Origin: Cenococcum geophilum
Taxonomy: Eukaryota
Assembly: GCA_050273025.1 (NCBI GenBank)
Contig: CP158635.1
Span: 7,564,001-7,628,000, forward strand
Direction: 5' to 3'
Length of the DNA stretch: 64,000 nucleotides
A program made the translations under genes and the position numbers. The notes beneath the pieces were generated by a model. That model worked only from the letters and a program-made list of their open reading frames with translations. It had not been told where the DNA came from and searched no databases. Positions 1-13,310 of the stretch are shown here, piece by piece (the stretch's first letter is position 1; the number at the start of each line of letters is the position of its first letter).

Positions 1-699
1 ATTAAGACCCTCTTCTAAGTCACCTAGGTGTACCGGATACCAAATAGGCCCTCGCAGAGGGGCCTTAATAAGTTCTCTAGGCAGGGCCTTAACAAGTTCT
101 TCGCGGTGGCCTTAGGGCCTTAACAAGTTTCGTATAAGGTATCTGCGACACATTAACCTTAACAAGTTCTTATAAAAAAGAGGTTCCCTACGCCCTCGCC
201 GCGTTCCTTTGCGATCTCAGAGCTAGTGCAAGCCCAAGGGTGTCCTGTCGTACGCCTAGGACGCGTCCGCATCCGCTAGCTTGATAAGGCCAGTTTCGGC
301 CCTAGCTACGAGCTAGGTAGTCGTACGTCGGGTGGTTTTCGTATCCCAGTTTCCCTTGATTGATTGCCTCCCTAGATGGTAGAGCGGAAGCCTCAAGCGG
401 AGGCAGTGAGGCTCCTGGTGATGTTAGGGGCGATGCTTTGTACGATGCTTTGTACGCGTCGCGAGCTCAACACCACAGAACCGCGACGACAGCGCGCTGC
501 ACGCGCTGCGACGGCTCTCTTCCATCGCCTCTGCACTTGGCCATCGTAAGGAAGGGTTTTCCTAATAATGTTTCCACCCGCGGCGACGTGGACGCGTGCA
601 GTAGGGCTTCGCGGGCAGGTATATATATTAACTTAGAATATAACTTAAAATGGAACTTATACAACTTAAAAATAAGTATATATTTAATATAATAGTAAA

Positions 700-2020
700 T
701 ATTACTCTTACTCTAGGTCTATACTTTAGGTTATTAATTAAATATAAAACCAGTTCTCTTTCTATTATTACTCTCGCTAGCAAGTTATAATATTAACCTT
801 AAATTCTAAGTTAATAGAGATATAGAGAATTTAATTAATATTAAGTTAAAATTTAAGTTGGTTAGAGCTATCTAATCCAATCCACAGAGCAATTAGCCGG
901 CGCTCTCTTAGATTAGCCTAATATTAATTACAGTAGCTCCATCTAGAACGCTAATGCTAATTACTTCCCCCGCTACGCAGAGCGTCTCGGCACTTATAAA
1001 TACGCAAGCTATTATATTAGAAATCACCTCCTAAATAGTCGTAACCTCTTAAACGGCTACTTTAAAAGCTTAGATAATATCTAAAATATAGGTAATAGGA
1101 CTAAGCGTTCCTAATACGCTAGTTACGCTAGCAAGGAGCCCTTTACTTATCGTTATAGCTTTAACTAGATTCCTTTTATAAACGTCCTCTATAAGCTAGC
1201 CTTTAGCTATATATTTAGTTTAAGTTAAAGCGCGTAGCGACTTACTATTCTTACTAAATAATCTTTCTATAAACATTAGAGATATTCTAAAGTTCCAATT
1301 TCTCGCATTAAATTACACCTTAATATAATTAACATTTAAGCAGCCTTATATAGCTATAAATTCATTTAATATAGATTTTATTCACTTTAATCTATTAAAT
1401 TATATTAATAATACTCTCTTTTTTCTTATCCAAAATATAAATCCCTAGTAGTTTTACTATAAGTAATATATACCTATATCCTACTGCTCTACTAAAATAG
1501 TATTTATATTAAATCCTAGAAACTAAATAGAGTAGTTTATTTAAAATATAGTAATGCCTATATTTATACTACTAAGTTTAATTTCCATAACACTAATAGC
1601 CTTATTAATTATAGCATCTCTATCTTTATTAAGTACTATATTATTAGGATTACTAGTAAGCATATCTAGCTTAGAATCTGCTTTAGATATATCTACCGCC
1701 TTACTATCTTCCACAGCCGCGTTATCTACTATAGTATTACTAAATATAGTTAACTTTATATTATCCTTAGTAGGTATATTTATCTTAGTATCTAGTTCTA
1801 TAGTATCTAATACTCTACAGTCTACTAGCCCTATTAGTTTAGGCTCTATATCTAGTATATCTTCCGTCTTTCTCTCTTTAAGTATAACTCTAATTTCTGC
1901 TATAATTATTTCACAAAGTCAAAATTCCTTAGTAATACCCTCTATTATTAGTAAAGCAATAAAACATAGGGCATTACACCAGAGTACTACAATTTTACTT
2001 ATTACAGCTATGTAGAAAAT
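700..2020 (-). pseudogene. RIP-degraded ORF relic of unknown product
   Basis: Long minus-strand frame interrupted only by TAA/TAG/TGA stops. No family recognised. Confidence 0.3.
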
Positions 2021-2957
2021 TGTCCGTACATTGTCCAGGTAGTTTATAACTATTTAACTTATTTAGAATTATATTAGTTATAGCTTAAGAATTAATTTTA
2101 GTAATAATAATCTAAATATTCGCACTAAGCAATAATTATAATGATAATTATTTATTACGTAATATTGTAACTTATATAAATACCGGCATAGTCTTGCCTT
2201 TAACTAGCTATAAAATAAAGTTTTTTTTTTTTATTTTTTTTTTATATCCGTTGTATTATACTACGTATAATACTACGCATGCAGCCTCTAGGCTATGGCG
2301 CTATAGTTCTATATACATAAATCCTTCCTAGGCAGCTTAACATGTACTAGTAGCTAAGTAGACACTCTAGCCCGTTTTTAAAATGCTAGGGGAGCTCTAG
2401 CGACTAGTGTTTTTTCGTTCTGGTATTTTGCTTACTATAGTCCAGTTTACACCAAGAAAAGGAAATCCTAGCTCTTTTATCTATTTCTGCCGTATTCTGC
2501 CGTTCCTAGAGTAGAAAAAGCGCTCTAAAAGAAAGATTTTTATTAAATAGTTTTACACTTAAGAATAAGAGGCGTTATAATAGCTTACTAGCTTGGAAGT
2601 AGCTACTAATTACCCCTAAAGCGACTTTTTATCCTATACCCTATCTCTTCTCCTTGCTAAAGAAATGGGTAGGGAATTAGTAATTAATAGGTACTCTCCC
2701 TAAAAATAACCTACTAATAGTATTTTATAAGGGCAAACCTCGTTACATAAACCCACTCCTATAGGAAAATTTTCACGAAGTTGTCTTGTATAGGGTATAA
2801 ACACCAATTCGCCTATATACCTTAGATTTAACGTGCTAAAGTAACACGGGCCGGTCCCTTCCCCTCCCCTACTATAGCCACCCCTATCTGCGCATCTGCG
2901 GTACGCCTATAGTGCGGTATTGTATGGTATGTTGTGGCGGTGGTGGCGGTTGTGGTA

Positions 2958-3551
2958 GAGGTCGTCTGCAGCGCGATGGCCGTAGACAGGTTGTGGAGGT
3001 CGTCTGCAGCGCGATGGCTGTAGACAGGTTGTGGAGGTCGTCTGCAGCGCGATGGCTGTAGACAGGTTGTGGAGAGGTCGTCTGCAGCGCGATGGCCGTA
3101 GACAGGTTGTGGAGGTCGTCTGCAGCGCGATGGCTGTAGACAGGTTGTGGAGGTCGTCTGCAGCGCGATGGCTGTAGACAGGTTGTGGAGGTCGTCTGCA
3201 GCGCGATGGCTATAGACAGGTTGTGGAGAGGTCGTCTGCAGCGCGATGGCCGTAGACAGGTTGTGGAGAGGTCGTCTGCAGCGTAATGGCCGTAGACAGG
3301 TTGTGGAGAGGTCTGCAGCGTGATGGCCGTAGACAGGTTGTGGAGAGGTCGTCTGCAGCGTGATGGCCGTAGACAGGTTGGAGAGGGGTCGTCTGCAGCG
3401 TGATGGCCGTAGACAGGTTGGAGAGGGGTCGTCTGCAGCGTGATGGCCGTAGACAGGTTGGAGAGGGGTCGTCTGCAGCGTGATGGCTGTAGACTAGTTG
3501 TGGTGGAGGTCGTCTGCAGCGTGATGGCTGTAGACTAGTTGTGGTGGAGGT
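2958..3551. repeat. Tandem minisatellite, ~38-40 bp unit gaggtcgtctgcagcgcgatggccgtagacaggttgtg, ~15 copies
   Basis: Directly visible head-to-tail repeats. Confidence 0.95.
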
Positions 3552-3601
3552 TGCGTCCGGTGACGTGTCTTTAGGGGCTATATAGCCTGCGGCGCCATAG
3601 C

Positions 3602-3818
3602 GACGACGACGGAGGAGCGAAGGGGGAGACGACGACGGAGGAGCGAAGGGGGAGACGACGACGGAGGAGCGAAGGGGGAGACGACGACGGAGGAGCGAAG
3701 GGGGAGACGACGACGGAGGAGCGAAGGGGGAGACGACGACGGAGGAGCGAAGGGGGAGACGACGACGGAGGAGCGAAGGGGGAGACGACGACGGAGGAGC
3801 GAAGGGGGAGACGACGAC
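3602..3818. repeat. Tandem minisatellite, 26-bp unit gacgacggaggagcgaagggggagac, ~8 copies
   Basis: Directly visible near-perfect repeats. Confidence 0.95.
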
Positions 3819-4408
3819 CTAAAATAAAGTTATAAATTATGGAGTAATTGACCATTATCTATTTCTTATAATAACATCTACTTAAAGCCAAACTGCGTGA
3901 TTAGTTAACCCTTCCTTTCCTAGTAATCCTCCTTCTAATCTAGCCTAGATTGTTCTAATTAGTCCACTATATTTTCTAGCCTATCTTTAGGTTTATAATA
4001 AAATAAAGCCAAAACTTAAAGTTTTAGATAATTTAAGCGTCTCTTAGCTACTAATAGATTTTAGCCTAGAAATTATAGAATATATTTGGGGTTTATAGAG
4101 GCACAAGGCATATTAAGAGCGTAAAAATAAATTTTAATTCTAGGAATTACGCTATAAGGAAAGAGATCACTATATTTAAGAAGAAGTTAATATTAAGCTA
4201 TAAAGCCAATATAAAAGTCTATACAGCAAGGACTATAATAGTTTTAAGAGTTTTATAGAAGAAACCGATATTTTAGCAATAATAGATAATTTTGTAGATT
4301 GCGCCTAAAACTAAAGACAACGTTATTAGGAAACTAATATTATATAAGGGAATATTAATTCTAACAGCCTCCTAGAGGAGACCTCCCAAGATAAGTTATC
4401 TAGCTCTA

Positions 4409-7400
4409 TGTTGGTAAAACCTAAGTAGATAGTTATATAGCCGCAAGGTACGGGCGACCCTAGGGCAACCCAGGGGTAACTCGCCCGTGAGGCACGTGCT
4501 CTGCACATGCCTAGGGAAAACCCTTCCTACCTTGTACACAGACTCCTTCTTTTCCCTTAAGGATTCGTCTCTGTCTATACAATATACCCATTATTCTATT
4601 ATTGGACTCCCTATCTACATTCTTACCTTACATTCAAATCCTTACCAATCCCCTTAAGAGGATAGCCGGTTCAATTTTTCTATAATACCTCCAAAAAGAA
4701 AACTGACGCTTATACCCGACGGTAATACGCTAGTGATACGACCGTAAAACGCCTTAGGATCTAGTGTAAATGAAACCGCTAGAAGCATACTAGCAGTATC
4801 TAAGCCATTCTCCGAATCCCAAAACAATCAGATATCTACGAACGCTGGAGATTAGTTCAACTTATATACCTAGGCTCAACAGGAGCTTAGTAAGGTTATT
4901 AGCATCCTACCTAATACCGCTGATATAAAGGAGCTAGATAAGCTGGCTAAGAAAATAGCCAACTTACGGAGCATTATCGATTTAATAAAGCCCTCCTGTT
5001 ACCTCTCTAGTAAAGAGCATAAGTTATATGGCGAACGTATACGCCGATTAAATCTCAACGCCCTAGTTAAGAAGTCACCACCTAATATTAGCAGTACTAC
5101 TTAACAACATTTTAACCGGTGGATTGCCGCAGTTAAGAACCAATTTAAGGTTAATAACGCTAACTATAATTATAAGTGACGCACGCGCTAGGCCATCGAA
5201 GGTCTTATAAAAGAGAAGACAATCACCTAACTAGTTTATCGCCGGTTAGGTACTAAGGATAAGGGTCCCTTACTATAGGACAAATTTAAGACTATAGTCC
5301 AAGACCAGATCAGGAACCCTATAGTAAGATACTTTAATAACGCTATAACATACTATATAGCTATTATAAAGGAGAACTAGAGGTTTAACGTCTTCCTAGC
5401 CTATATATATAGCTTAGAGGACCTCTTCTTATATACCCCTTTTATTAATCCTAAATAATAGGTAGACTTCTAGTTCTTATATCTTTTAGCCTACCTATAA
5501 GTAGAGCTCTTCCGCCAGAACTTCGCCTAATAGGTGAAAACCGCTAAAGACCTCTTTAACAAAATCCGCTATATAGAGTAATTGCTTAATACTATAAAGC
5601 TCGCGGAAAATCGCGTAAGTAGCAGCGGCAAATTATCGTATATGAAGCGCGGTTACAGCACAGGCTCTATAGACTTAGGCTTAGGGAACAGAACCTAAAA
5701 AGGGTAACGCTTTTCTAAGTAAACTCCTAGGGAGACCACCCAAAAGCCAGATAGCTTAGGGGACCCCCTAGACGCCAGTACTACGCAGGCGAGTTAAAGG
5801 ACCGCAGGCGGCTACTATAAGGAACACTAGAAGCAGGCTAAAGAGAAGTTAGCCCGGGCTTTAGAAAACCCAAAGCCCTAGTAGCGTATCTCTCTTAACT
5901 GTAACTAGGGCCTAATATAAAGGGAGAAAAGAAACACATTATAGTATACGTTGCGATAAATACGCCCTAGGGCGAAGTCCGCCTATATACCTTATATAAC
6001 AATAGGTGCCAAATTAACCTTATTAATTAAGACATTGTTCGTAGGTTTAACCTACCTATACACTACGCGCTACGTTTATATAAACCTATTACACGTTTCC
6101 TTAATAGCAACTAGATAACAATCTAGGATACTTATAATCTAACAGTTACCACTAGTAACTCCCAGGGTACCCCTTGCACTATTAGCCCGCAGACCTTTTA
6201 GGGCGGCTCATTTAATAATTATAATATAGTTCTTAGATAGGATTAGCTCACAGAAGCAAATTTATTAATTAGCTTCCGTTCTAGATAGTTTATTTAGGGT
6301 ACTTTAGACCCTAAACGCCTCTAGATAGTTACCCTTAACGCTTTTCTGGTAGATATTAAGGCTGGCGAAATAGTCTATTCACTATAGCCAAAAGACTCCT
6401 TCTTTACGCCGGTTATAAATATAATAGAGGACCTATTATTACTAGCAGCGAGTACCCGTATAGACCCTCCGGACGTAGAGATACCGGTTATAAACATAGT
6501 AGAGGACCTGCTATTACTAGCAGCAAGTACCCGTAGAGACCCTCTAGTACCGGCGCAGATTACCTATATATAAGGGGGAGGTAATCGAAACCCTAAAACT
6601 ATTAAGTATACTGCAGCAGAGCTATATATACTCTCTATATAAGCATACCTACGAAACACATATCGGCCGCACCCTTCTCTTCACTAGCTCCCGGAAGTAC
6701 ACTACTACATAATAGTCGCTTTAACCTCCGTGGCCCCTGGCCTACCAGATATATATAAGGAGGAAATTAATATCTTTTCTAATAAGCTAGCAAGCATACT
6801 ACCGTAGAACTCTAAGTACGACTATGCGATTAACTTAGAAGAAGGCAAGACGCCACTATAAATGCCCCTCTATAACCTCTTATAGAAAGAGTTATAAATC
6901 TTACAAGAGTACCTAGACAGTGCTTTTAAAAAGGGCTAGATTAGGCCCAGCAAGTTGCCTACTAAAGCGCCTATCCTCTTCATACCAAAAGCAGACAGTA
7001 TAATACGGCTATGCGTTAACTACAGATGCCTAAATAAGATCACGATTAAAAATTAATACCCCCTACCACTGGTTGGTAAACTCTTTAATAGGCTTAACTA
7101 TATAAAGATATTTATAAAGCTAGATCTTCGTAATGCGTACTATAGGATTCGTATCAAAAAGGAAGACGAATAGAAGACCGTATTTAAGATACGCTACGGT
7201 CACTTTAAGTACCTAGTGATGCCCTTTAGTCTTGCTAACGCCCCTACAACTTTCTAAAGCTATATTTATAAAGCTCTAGAAACCCTAGTGGATACCATTT
7301 ACATAGTCTACCTAGATAATATTCTTATCTACTTAAATAATAAGGATAAGCACGTTGAGCACGTTAAGCAGGTACTACAACAGCTCCGCGCTTGGGGCCT

Positions 7401-10400
7401 ATACGCTAAACTGTTAAAATATATCTTTTACACTAAGAACGTTGAGTTCCTAGGCTTTATTATTACCCCTAGGGGTATTATAATAGACCCTAACCACGTA
7501 AAAGCTATTAAGGAATAGCCTAAGCCTAAGTCCTATAGGGATATCTAGGTCTTCCTTAGCTTTACTAACTTCTATAGGCGATTTATCTAGAACTACTCGG
7601 ATACTGTATACCCCCTATACGCATATCTTATATAGGTATATTATAACCCAACGTTAGATAGGGAGAAGAAGAGGAAGCGTAAGTTAAAAGGGCCTACTAA
7701 ATAGTATTAACCCTAGTCCTGGCCTGATAACGTACAGTAAGCGTTCCGTAAACTACGCGCTATATTTACGCAGGCTCCTCTACTTCACCACTTTAACCCT
7801 AATCTACCCCTAATAGTAATTACTAACGCTTCTAACTATACCTATAGCGGTATACTTCTGCAGCCTTTAGGGTAGGAAAATTAACTCCACTAGCACCTAA
7901 TCGCTTATTATAGTCAGAAGCTTACTAGCCTAAAAGTACAGTATAATACACATAATAAAGAACTACTCGCTATAGTGCAATGCTTTAAGATATAGCGCTA
8001 TTACCTTAAACACGCCGCGTATGTAACGCGCGTGCTCTACGATTATAATAATCTTTAATACTTTATAACCACTAAGAGCTTATCTGCTTACTAGGCCTAG
8101 TACGCTAAGAAACTAGCTAAGTTTAATTTCGAGATTAAATATAAGCTAGGTAAAACAAATCCTACTAATATACTATCCTAGCGCCCAAATTATACCAAAG
8201 GCTTTAAAGATAGTAGTAAAAAAATACTCCTTAATGCCATACTACCTATATTATAGCAAAAGTTGCAGGTTATAAGCCTTATGGGCGGCCCTAGTGCTAC
8301 TATACTATACTAGCGAGTAGTATACGTATAGTATGCAAGTAACCCTTATAAACTTAGCGCCGGCGGACTAAAGCGTCCTACTATTCTCTTTAAGACCACT
8401 TTAACCGGCCTAATGGCGTTTAACCCTAGGGAAAACCCCTTGGCTTAGGCTACGGTCCCCTATAACGACCTAGCGAGTTACCTATACATTATATATTACT
8501 TTACTGGCACCAACTTTACGCAGAGTTTTGTGCTATAGTAAGAAGTAGTAGTAGCTGCTTTAGCTAAAACGGCGTTTACGGAACAACCCCCTAAGTTACT
8601 AGTTAATTTTATTTATAGAGTACAAAAAAGGGACGCCTTTATACGCTCTATATGTAATTAGTTAACCTAAAAATAAGTTCCCACTGGTAATAAGGACTAT
8701 ACCCTTAATAATTAAGGACTCCTAAGGTAAAATAACAAGGTCTGGGTGCTAAATTACATACTACTACAATAGGAGATCCTTAAGCGAAATTATGACGATC
8801 CTATGGGCGGCCACTATGGTTTTAACCGTACCTTTGAGGTAATCACGCGGAAGTATGCTTGAAACGGCCTTACCTAGAACCTCCGTAAATACCTAGATAA
8901 TTATAATACCTACTAACGCTCCAAATCGCGCTGCTATAAACCCTATAGTAAGCTATAGCCTCTCTAGGCCCCTACCTAAGCCTAGCGGTATTATTTACTT
9001 AACTTTATTACGGATTTCCCAGAGTCTAAGACTCCTAATAGCGTAAAGTATAACTCCATCCTTATTCTTATAGACCGTTTTATAAAGCTAGTACGCTACT
9101 ATCTAGTGTATAAGATAATTAATACTACACAACTCGCAGAACTCTTATTTAGAGTCTTTGTATAAATAGGGCCTCTAAATAATATCGTCTCTAATAAGGG
9201 TAGTGTATTTATAAGCAAGTACTAAAGCACCATATGCTACTATCTCCGCGTTTAACGTAAACTTAGCACTATATTCTACTTATAGATAGATAGGTAGACG
9301 GAGCGTTAAAACTAGGAGCTTGAGGCATACCTACATATATTTACAAACTGGGAACAGTCTAATTAGGCCTCCCTACTTAAAGAAGCAGCCTTTACCTATA
9401 ACTCTAAGGTTCATACTATAACAAAGCGTTCCCCTATTAAGCTCGCCTATAGCTAGCTACTAAACGTCCTAGACGGAGTCCTGGATAGCGTCTAAGACAT
9501 TTAGTAAGGTAGGGAGGGGTCCAAGTTAACGAATGTCTAACTTACAGAGACACACCTATAACGCCTACGCCTCATATATAAGGCAGCGGCGGCGTCAATA
9601 ATATACGCCTAAAAGCTTTAGGTAAAATACTATAATTGTCACTATCTAGCCAAGCATTTCACCGTCGGTAAACGAGTCCTGCTCTCCTCTAAGAATATTC
9701 ACATAAAACGTCCTTATAAAATGCTTAACTACAAGTTTATAGGACCGTTTCAGATCCTAGAGCGCGTAGGGCAGTAAGTATATAAGCTAGAGCTTCTACC
9801 TGCTATAGTACGGCTCCACCCAGTCTTCTATATCTCCCTACTAGAGCCTTATAGGTCACGCCCTAGGTTTTAACCCCTAGCAGTAGAAGAGCTCAAGGAA
9901 GGCAGCTGGGAAGTAGAAGTAATTATCACCTACTAGGATTATATTAAACAACCATAGTACCTTATTAAATAGCTAAGATGGCTAAATAAGTATAACGAAT
10001 AGAAATACAAGATAGAACTTAAGAATTGTTAATAACTATTGGATGAGTACCATAAGCGGGACACCCTAGCCTTATAGCTAAAGCGCAGGCGAAAAGTAAG
10101 CGCCGCTATTAAAATATAACCTATATTAAAGCGGAGTAGAGGACGTCCTAAGGGATTAAAGAATAAGCAACAACTGCTATAAGAACTGCGGCGTACGTAT
10201 AGGGTAAAGTTTTAATTTATTAATATCCTACGCCCGTTTATAACCGGGGTTTATTTAACCGGAGTCCACGACCTACTAGTAACCCGCTAGTGGTAACCTA
10301 TACTAATAACTTATACTATTCCACGTATATACTACGCAGATAATATATAAGGCTAAAGCATAGGTTAGCGGCGGATTTAACGGGTATATAGCCTTACCGT

Positions 10401-11186
10401 CCTAAACCTGGCTGCATGTAAGTAACCTATAAACCTACCCACGAAGTATATACGGCGCTACGCCGGTATAGCGTAAGGCTAAAGTAGGGTTAGCGGCGGG
10501 TTTAATAGGTATATAGCCTTACTGTCTATAAATCTGGCTGCATGCGAATAACCTATAATTAACCCGCAAGGTACTAGCGACCTGCCTATATAAGCGAGCT
10601 TTTGGAATATTTCTAGTCTACTAAATTTAGGCGATGGTATTAAGCTCCACTAGCTCTACCTATTAAATAGACTAATTAGGATTTTCTATACTAGGCATAC
10701 AAAATCGCTACTAGCTCAGTTAAATGCGGGGGAGTCTTAGTAAGGCAAATCTAACTAATTAGACAACTTTAACCGCCGGTCGAAGTTCCTTAACATCTTC
10801 GCGCCGCGCATATATACTACCCGTCTCTTTATACGCAAAATTAAGACGCTCTTTCCCCTCTAAATTTTTTCCTTACTAAGGTTTTTTATAGGGTTTTATT
10901 AAGGCTTAAGTATATGAAGGATCGGGGACGACCCTTTTTAAAAGGGGGGGCATTGTCAGGTAAAACCTAAGTAGATAGTTATATAGCCGCAAGGTACGGG
11001 CGACCCTGGGGCAACCCAGGGGTGACTCGCCCGTGAGGCACGTGCTTTGCACGTGCCTAGGGAAAACCCTTCCTACCTCGCACACAGACTCCTCCTTTTC
11101 CCTTAAGGATTCGTCTCTGTCTATACAATATACCCATTATTCTATCATTGGACTCCCTATCCACATCCTCACCTTACACTCTAACA
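4409..11186 (+). mobile_element. Ty3/Gypsy chromovirus LTR retrotransposon (Gypsy-1), RIP-inactivated
   Basis: LTR-like direct repeats ~4413-4635 and 10954-11186. PPT aaaaggggggg before 10954. RT VYLDNIL (YLDD after RIP reversion) in ORF 7288-7518, then RNase H, integrase and chromodomain WEVEVII at ~9907. The 5' boundary is uncertain. Confidence 0.92.
10320..10558 (+). repeat. ~115-bp tandem duplication in the Gypsy-1 3' UTR
   Basis: Two copies of ...aaggctaaag..ggttagcggcgg..tttaa..ggtatatagcctta..ctggctgcatg..taacctataa. Confidence 0.85.
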
Positions 11187-12026
11187 ATAACGGTATAACA
11201 GCGTATTAGTACTTTAAGGTATTAGTCTTTATATATTTATAATTTATTATAGGGCTTATAATACTACAGATACTAAGGTTAAACTTTAATCTTAGTACGA
11301 TTATATATTATATTACAACTCTAAGCCGTCTTTACACTCTAAGAGAGACTTATTATTATAGGATTCACGATTATAAACCCCAAACTACCATTTATTATCT
11401 AACTATACTAAATATCGCGTGTAACTATACAGAAAGATACTTTATAAATAGCTACTTTAACGCTAAATCTCCTAAGGCGCCCATATATATACAAGTAAGG
11501 TTTCGCTACGCTTTATAGGCCCTTAAGCTAAAGCTATATATCTACTTTACCTTAGTACCTCTAAGTCTCTTAATAGGCTTATTAAGAAAACTATAGTTAT
11601 ACCTTAAAAAATCTTAAGATTTAGACCCCTATTATATATATTACTTCAAAAACAAGTTAGAATTTCGCAGTAAGTTATATATAGCAATAAATGGTACTTT
11701 TATTTTAATATTATTATAATAACGCTAAGAATAAGATATAGGACTTAAAATAACTTCTTAGCTAAAGCCTTTACTTCTAATCTTAGACCTAGTGCAAAAT
11801 AGTCTCTATAAAATAGCTTATAGAAGGCATCTGGTATAGAAGGTTAAAATTTATAAAGAGGAAGATTCTCCCTAATTTATAATTAAGCTATCTTACTTTA
11901 ACCCTTTTACTATTATAGTATCCCATAGAAGGTTTTAATTGTTATTATTATTAAAATTCTCTAATATAATCTCTCTAAATCTATTTAGTTAAATATAATC
12001 TTTATTACGGCATTAACCTAACGTGT

Positions 12027-12187
12027 TGTTATAGCTACGCGTATACATAAGCACGGACCTAACCCTTAAGCAACACGTATATATACCTACCTCGTCTCCT
12101 ATACATAGATCCTTACACAATATCGTTTGTTAATAATATACAGTCACCTCATACCTCGTACCTTGACAGTTGGCACGTACTATAACA
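12027..12187. mobile_element. Possible solo LTR
   Basis: tgttatag...ctataaca inverted ends and TATA-like core. Flanks (cgtgt/atctt) do not form a TSD. Confidence 0.4.
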
Positions 12188-13310
12188 ATCTTAGCGTCTA
12201 TAAACGCGCCGTATTTAAATCTACGACTAAACTCAGTATATTGGTAAAGGAGAAGACTTTTATTAATTAGAAGTCGGTGCGCTAATTATAAGAAATAAAT
12301 AAGGACTCTATCTATTAAGTATAGCTTTAGGGCCTCTATATATATATAAGAAAGGTATAGAAAAATAGGAAATAAGGGGAAGGTAATTAAGTTAATAGCT
12401 AAATTAACGGGCAGGTAGCTAAGTTAGGGTAATAAGATAACCTAATTTAGGTTAACAACTTCTTAGACTTAGGGCAATTATACTATTAAATAAGCGTATT
12501 CTAGCATCTCTCTTTTCCGCCTATATAGACGCATTCTAATATAAGGTTAGTTTATACACTAGTTAAAGAGAAGTAAGTTTAACTATCTGCTTTTACTAAT
12601 TTATCCCGCTAGATATAGTGAACTATCCTTATAGTTGCGCTAGCAATTAAAAATAATACTATAGAGTAACAATTCTATCCAACTCCCTTATTCTCTTATT
12701 AACTTATATCTACTAAAGGCACCACCTAATTTAGTCCCTAGTCCTCCCCTAACGGCGTCCTTATAAAATTACGCTGCCCTAATTAGTTTATAGAAAGACT
12801 AGCACTATCTAATCTTTATTTAGTATCCAGATAATACCCGCATACATTAGGAAATTTTTTTTGGGGCTCGTTGTTGCGGCAGGTGGATATAGTTGATAGC
12901 AATTTGCGCAAAACGCACGTTTTATAACAAGTTTGCAGCACCCTAATAGCAATTTGCGCGTTTTATAATAAATTTGCAGCACCTAATAGCAAATTGCGGT
13001 AAAATGCTACCCTATAAATAAATAGTGCGCAAACTGTACGAATTATACGAATTGTACGAATTGTAAAAACTGTACGAATTGTACGAATTGTACGAATTGT
13101 ACGAATTGTAAAAACTGTACAAATTGTAAAAACTGTACAAATTGTAACTATATAAATTATAATTATATTATATAATAACCAAATTATTACATATTTCCAT
13201 AGATTTCTATAGTATACTTTTAAATATATTTATATTATAACTATATAAAATGTAGAGCTATCTACTTTAGGCGTTAAGGGGAAGCCTCTTACGGAGGCTC
13301 TAAATTATCT

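Larger units (their letters stand above)
2221..3819 (-). mobile_element. Non-autonomous poly(A)-tailed retroposon (SINE-like, or 3' part of a LINE) with internal tandem repeats
   Basis: Poly(T) at 2221-2243 on + strand. 10-bp TSD taaaataaag at 2211-2220 and 3820-3829. No recognisable RT. Confidence 0.8.

Noticed and set aside
1554..2015. Hydrophobic 153-aa 'membrane protein'
   Set aside because: I/L/S-rich antisense shadow of a RIPed minus-strand frame.
2958..3818. CRISPR-like arrays
   Set aside because: Head-to-tail repeats without unique spacers, no cas genes, eukaryotic context.
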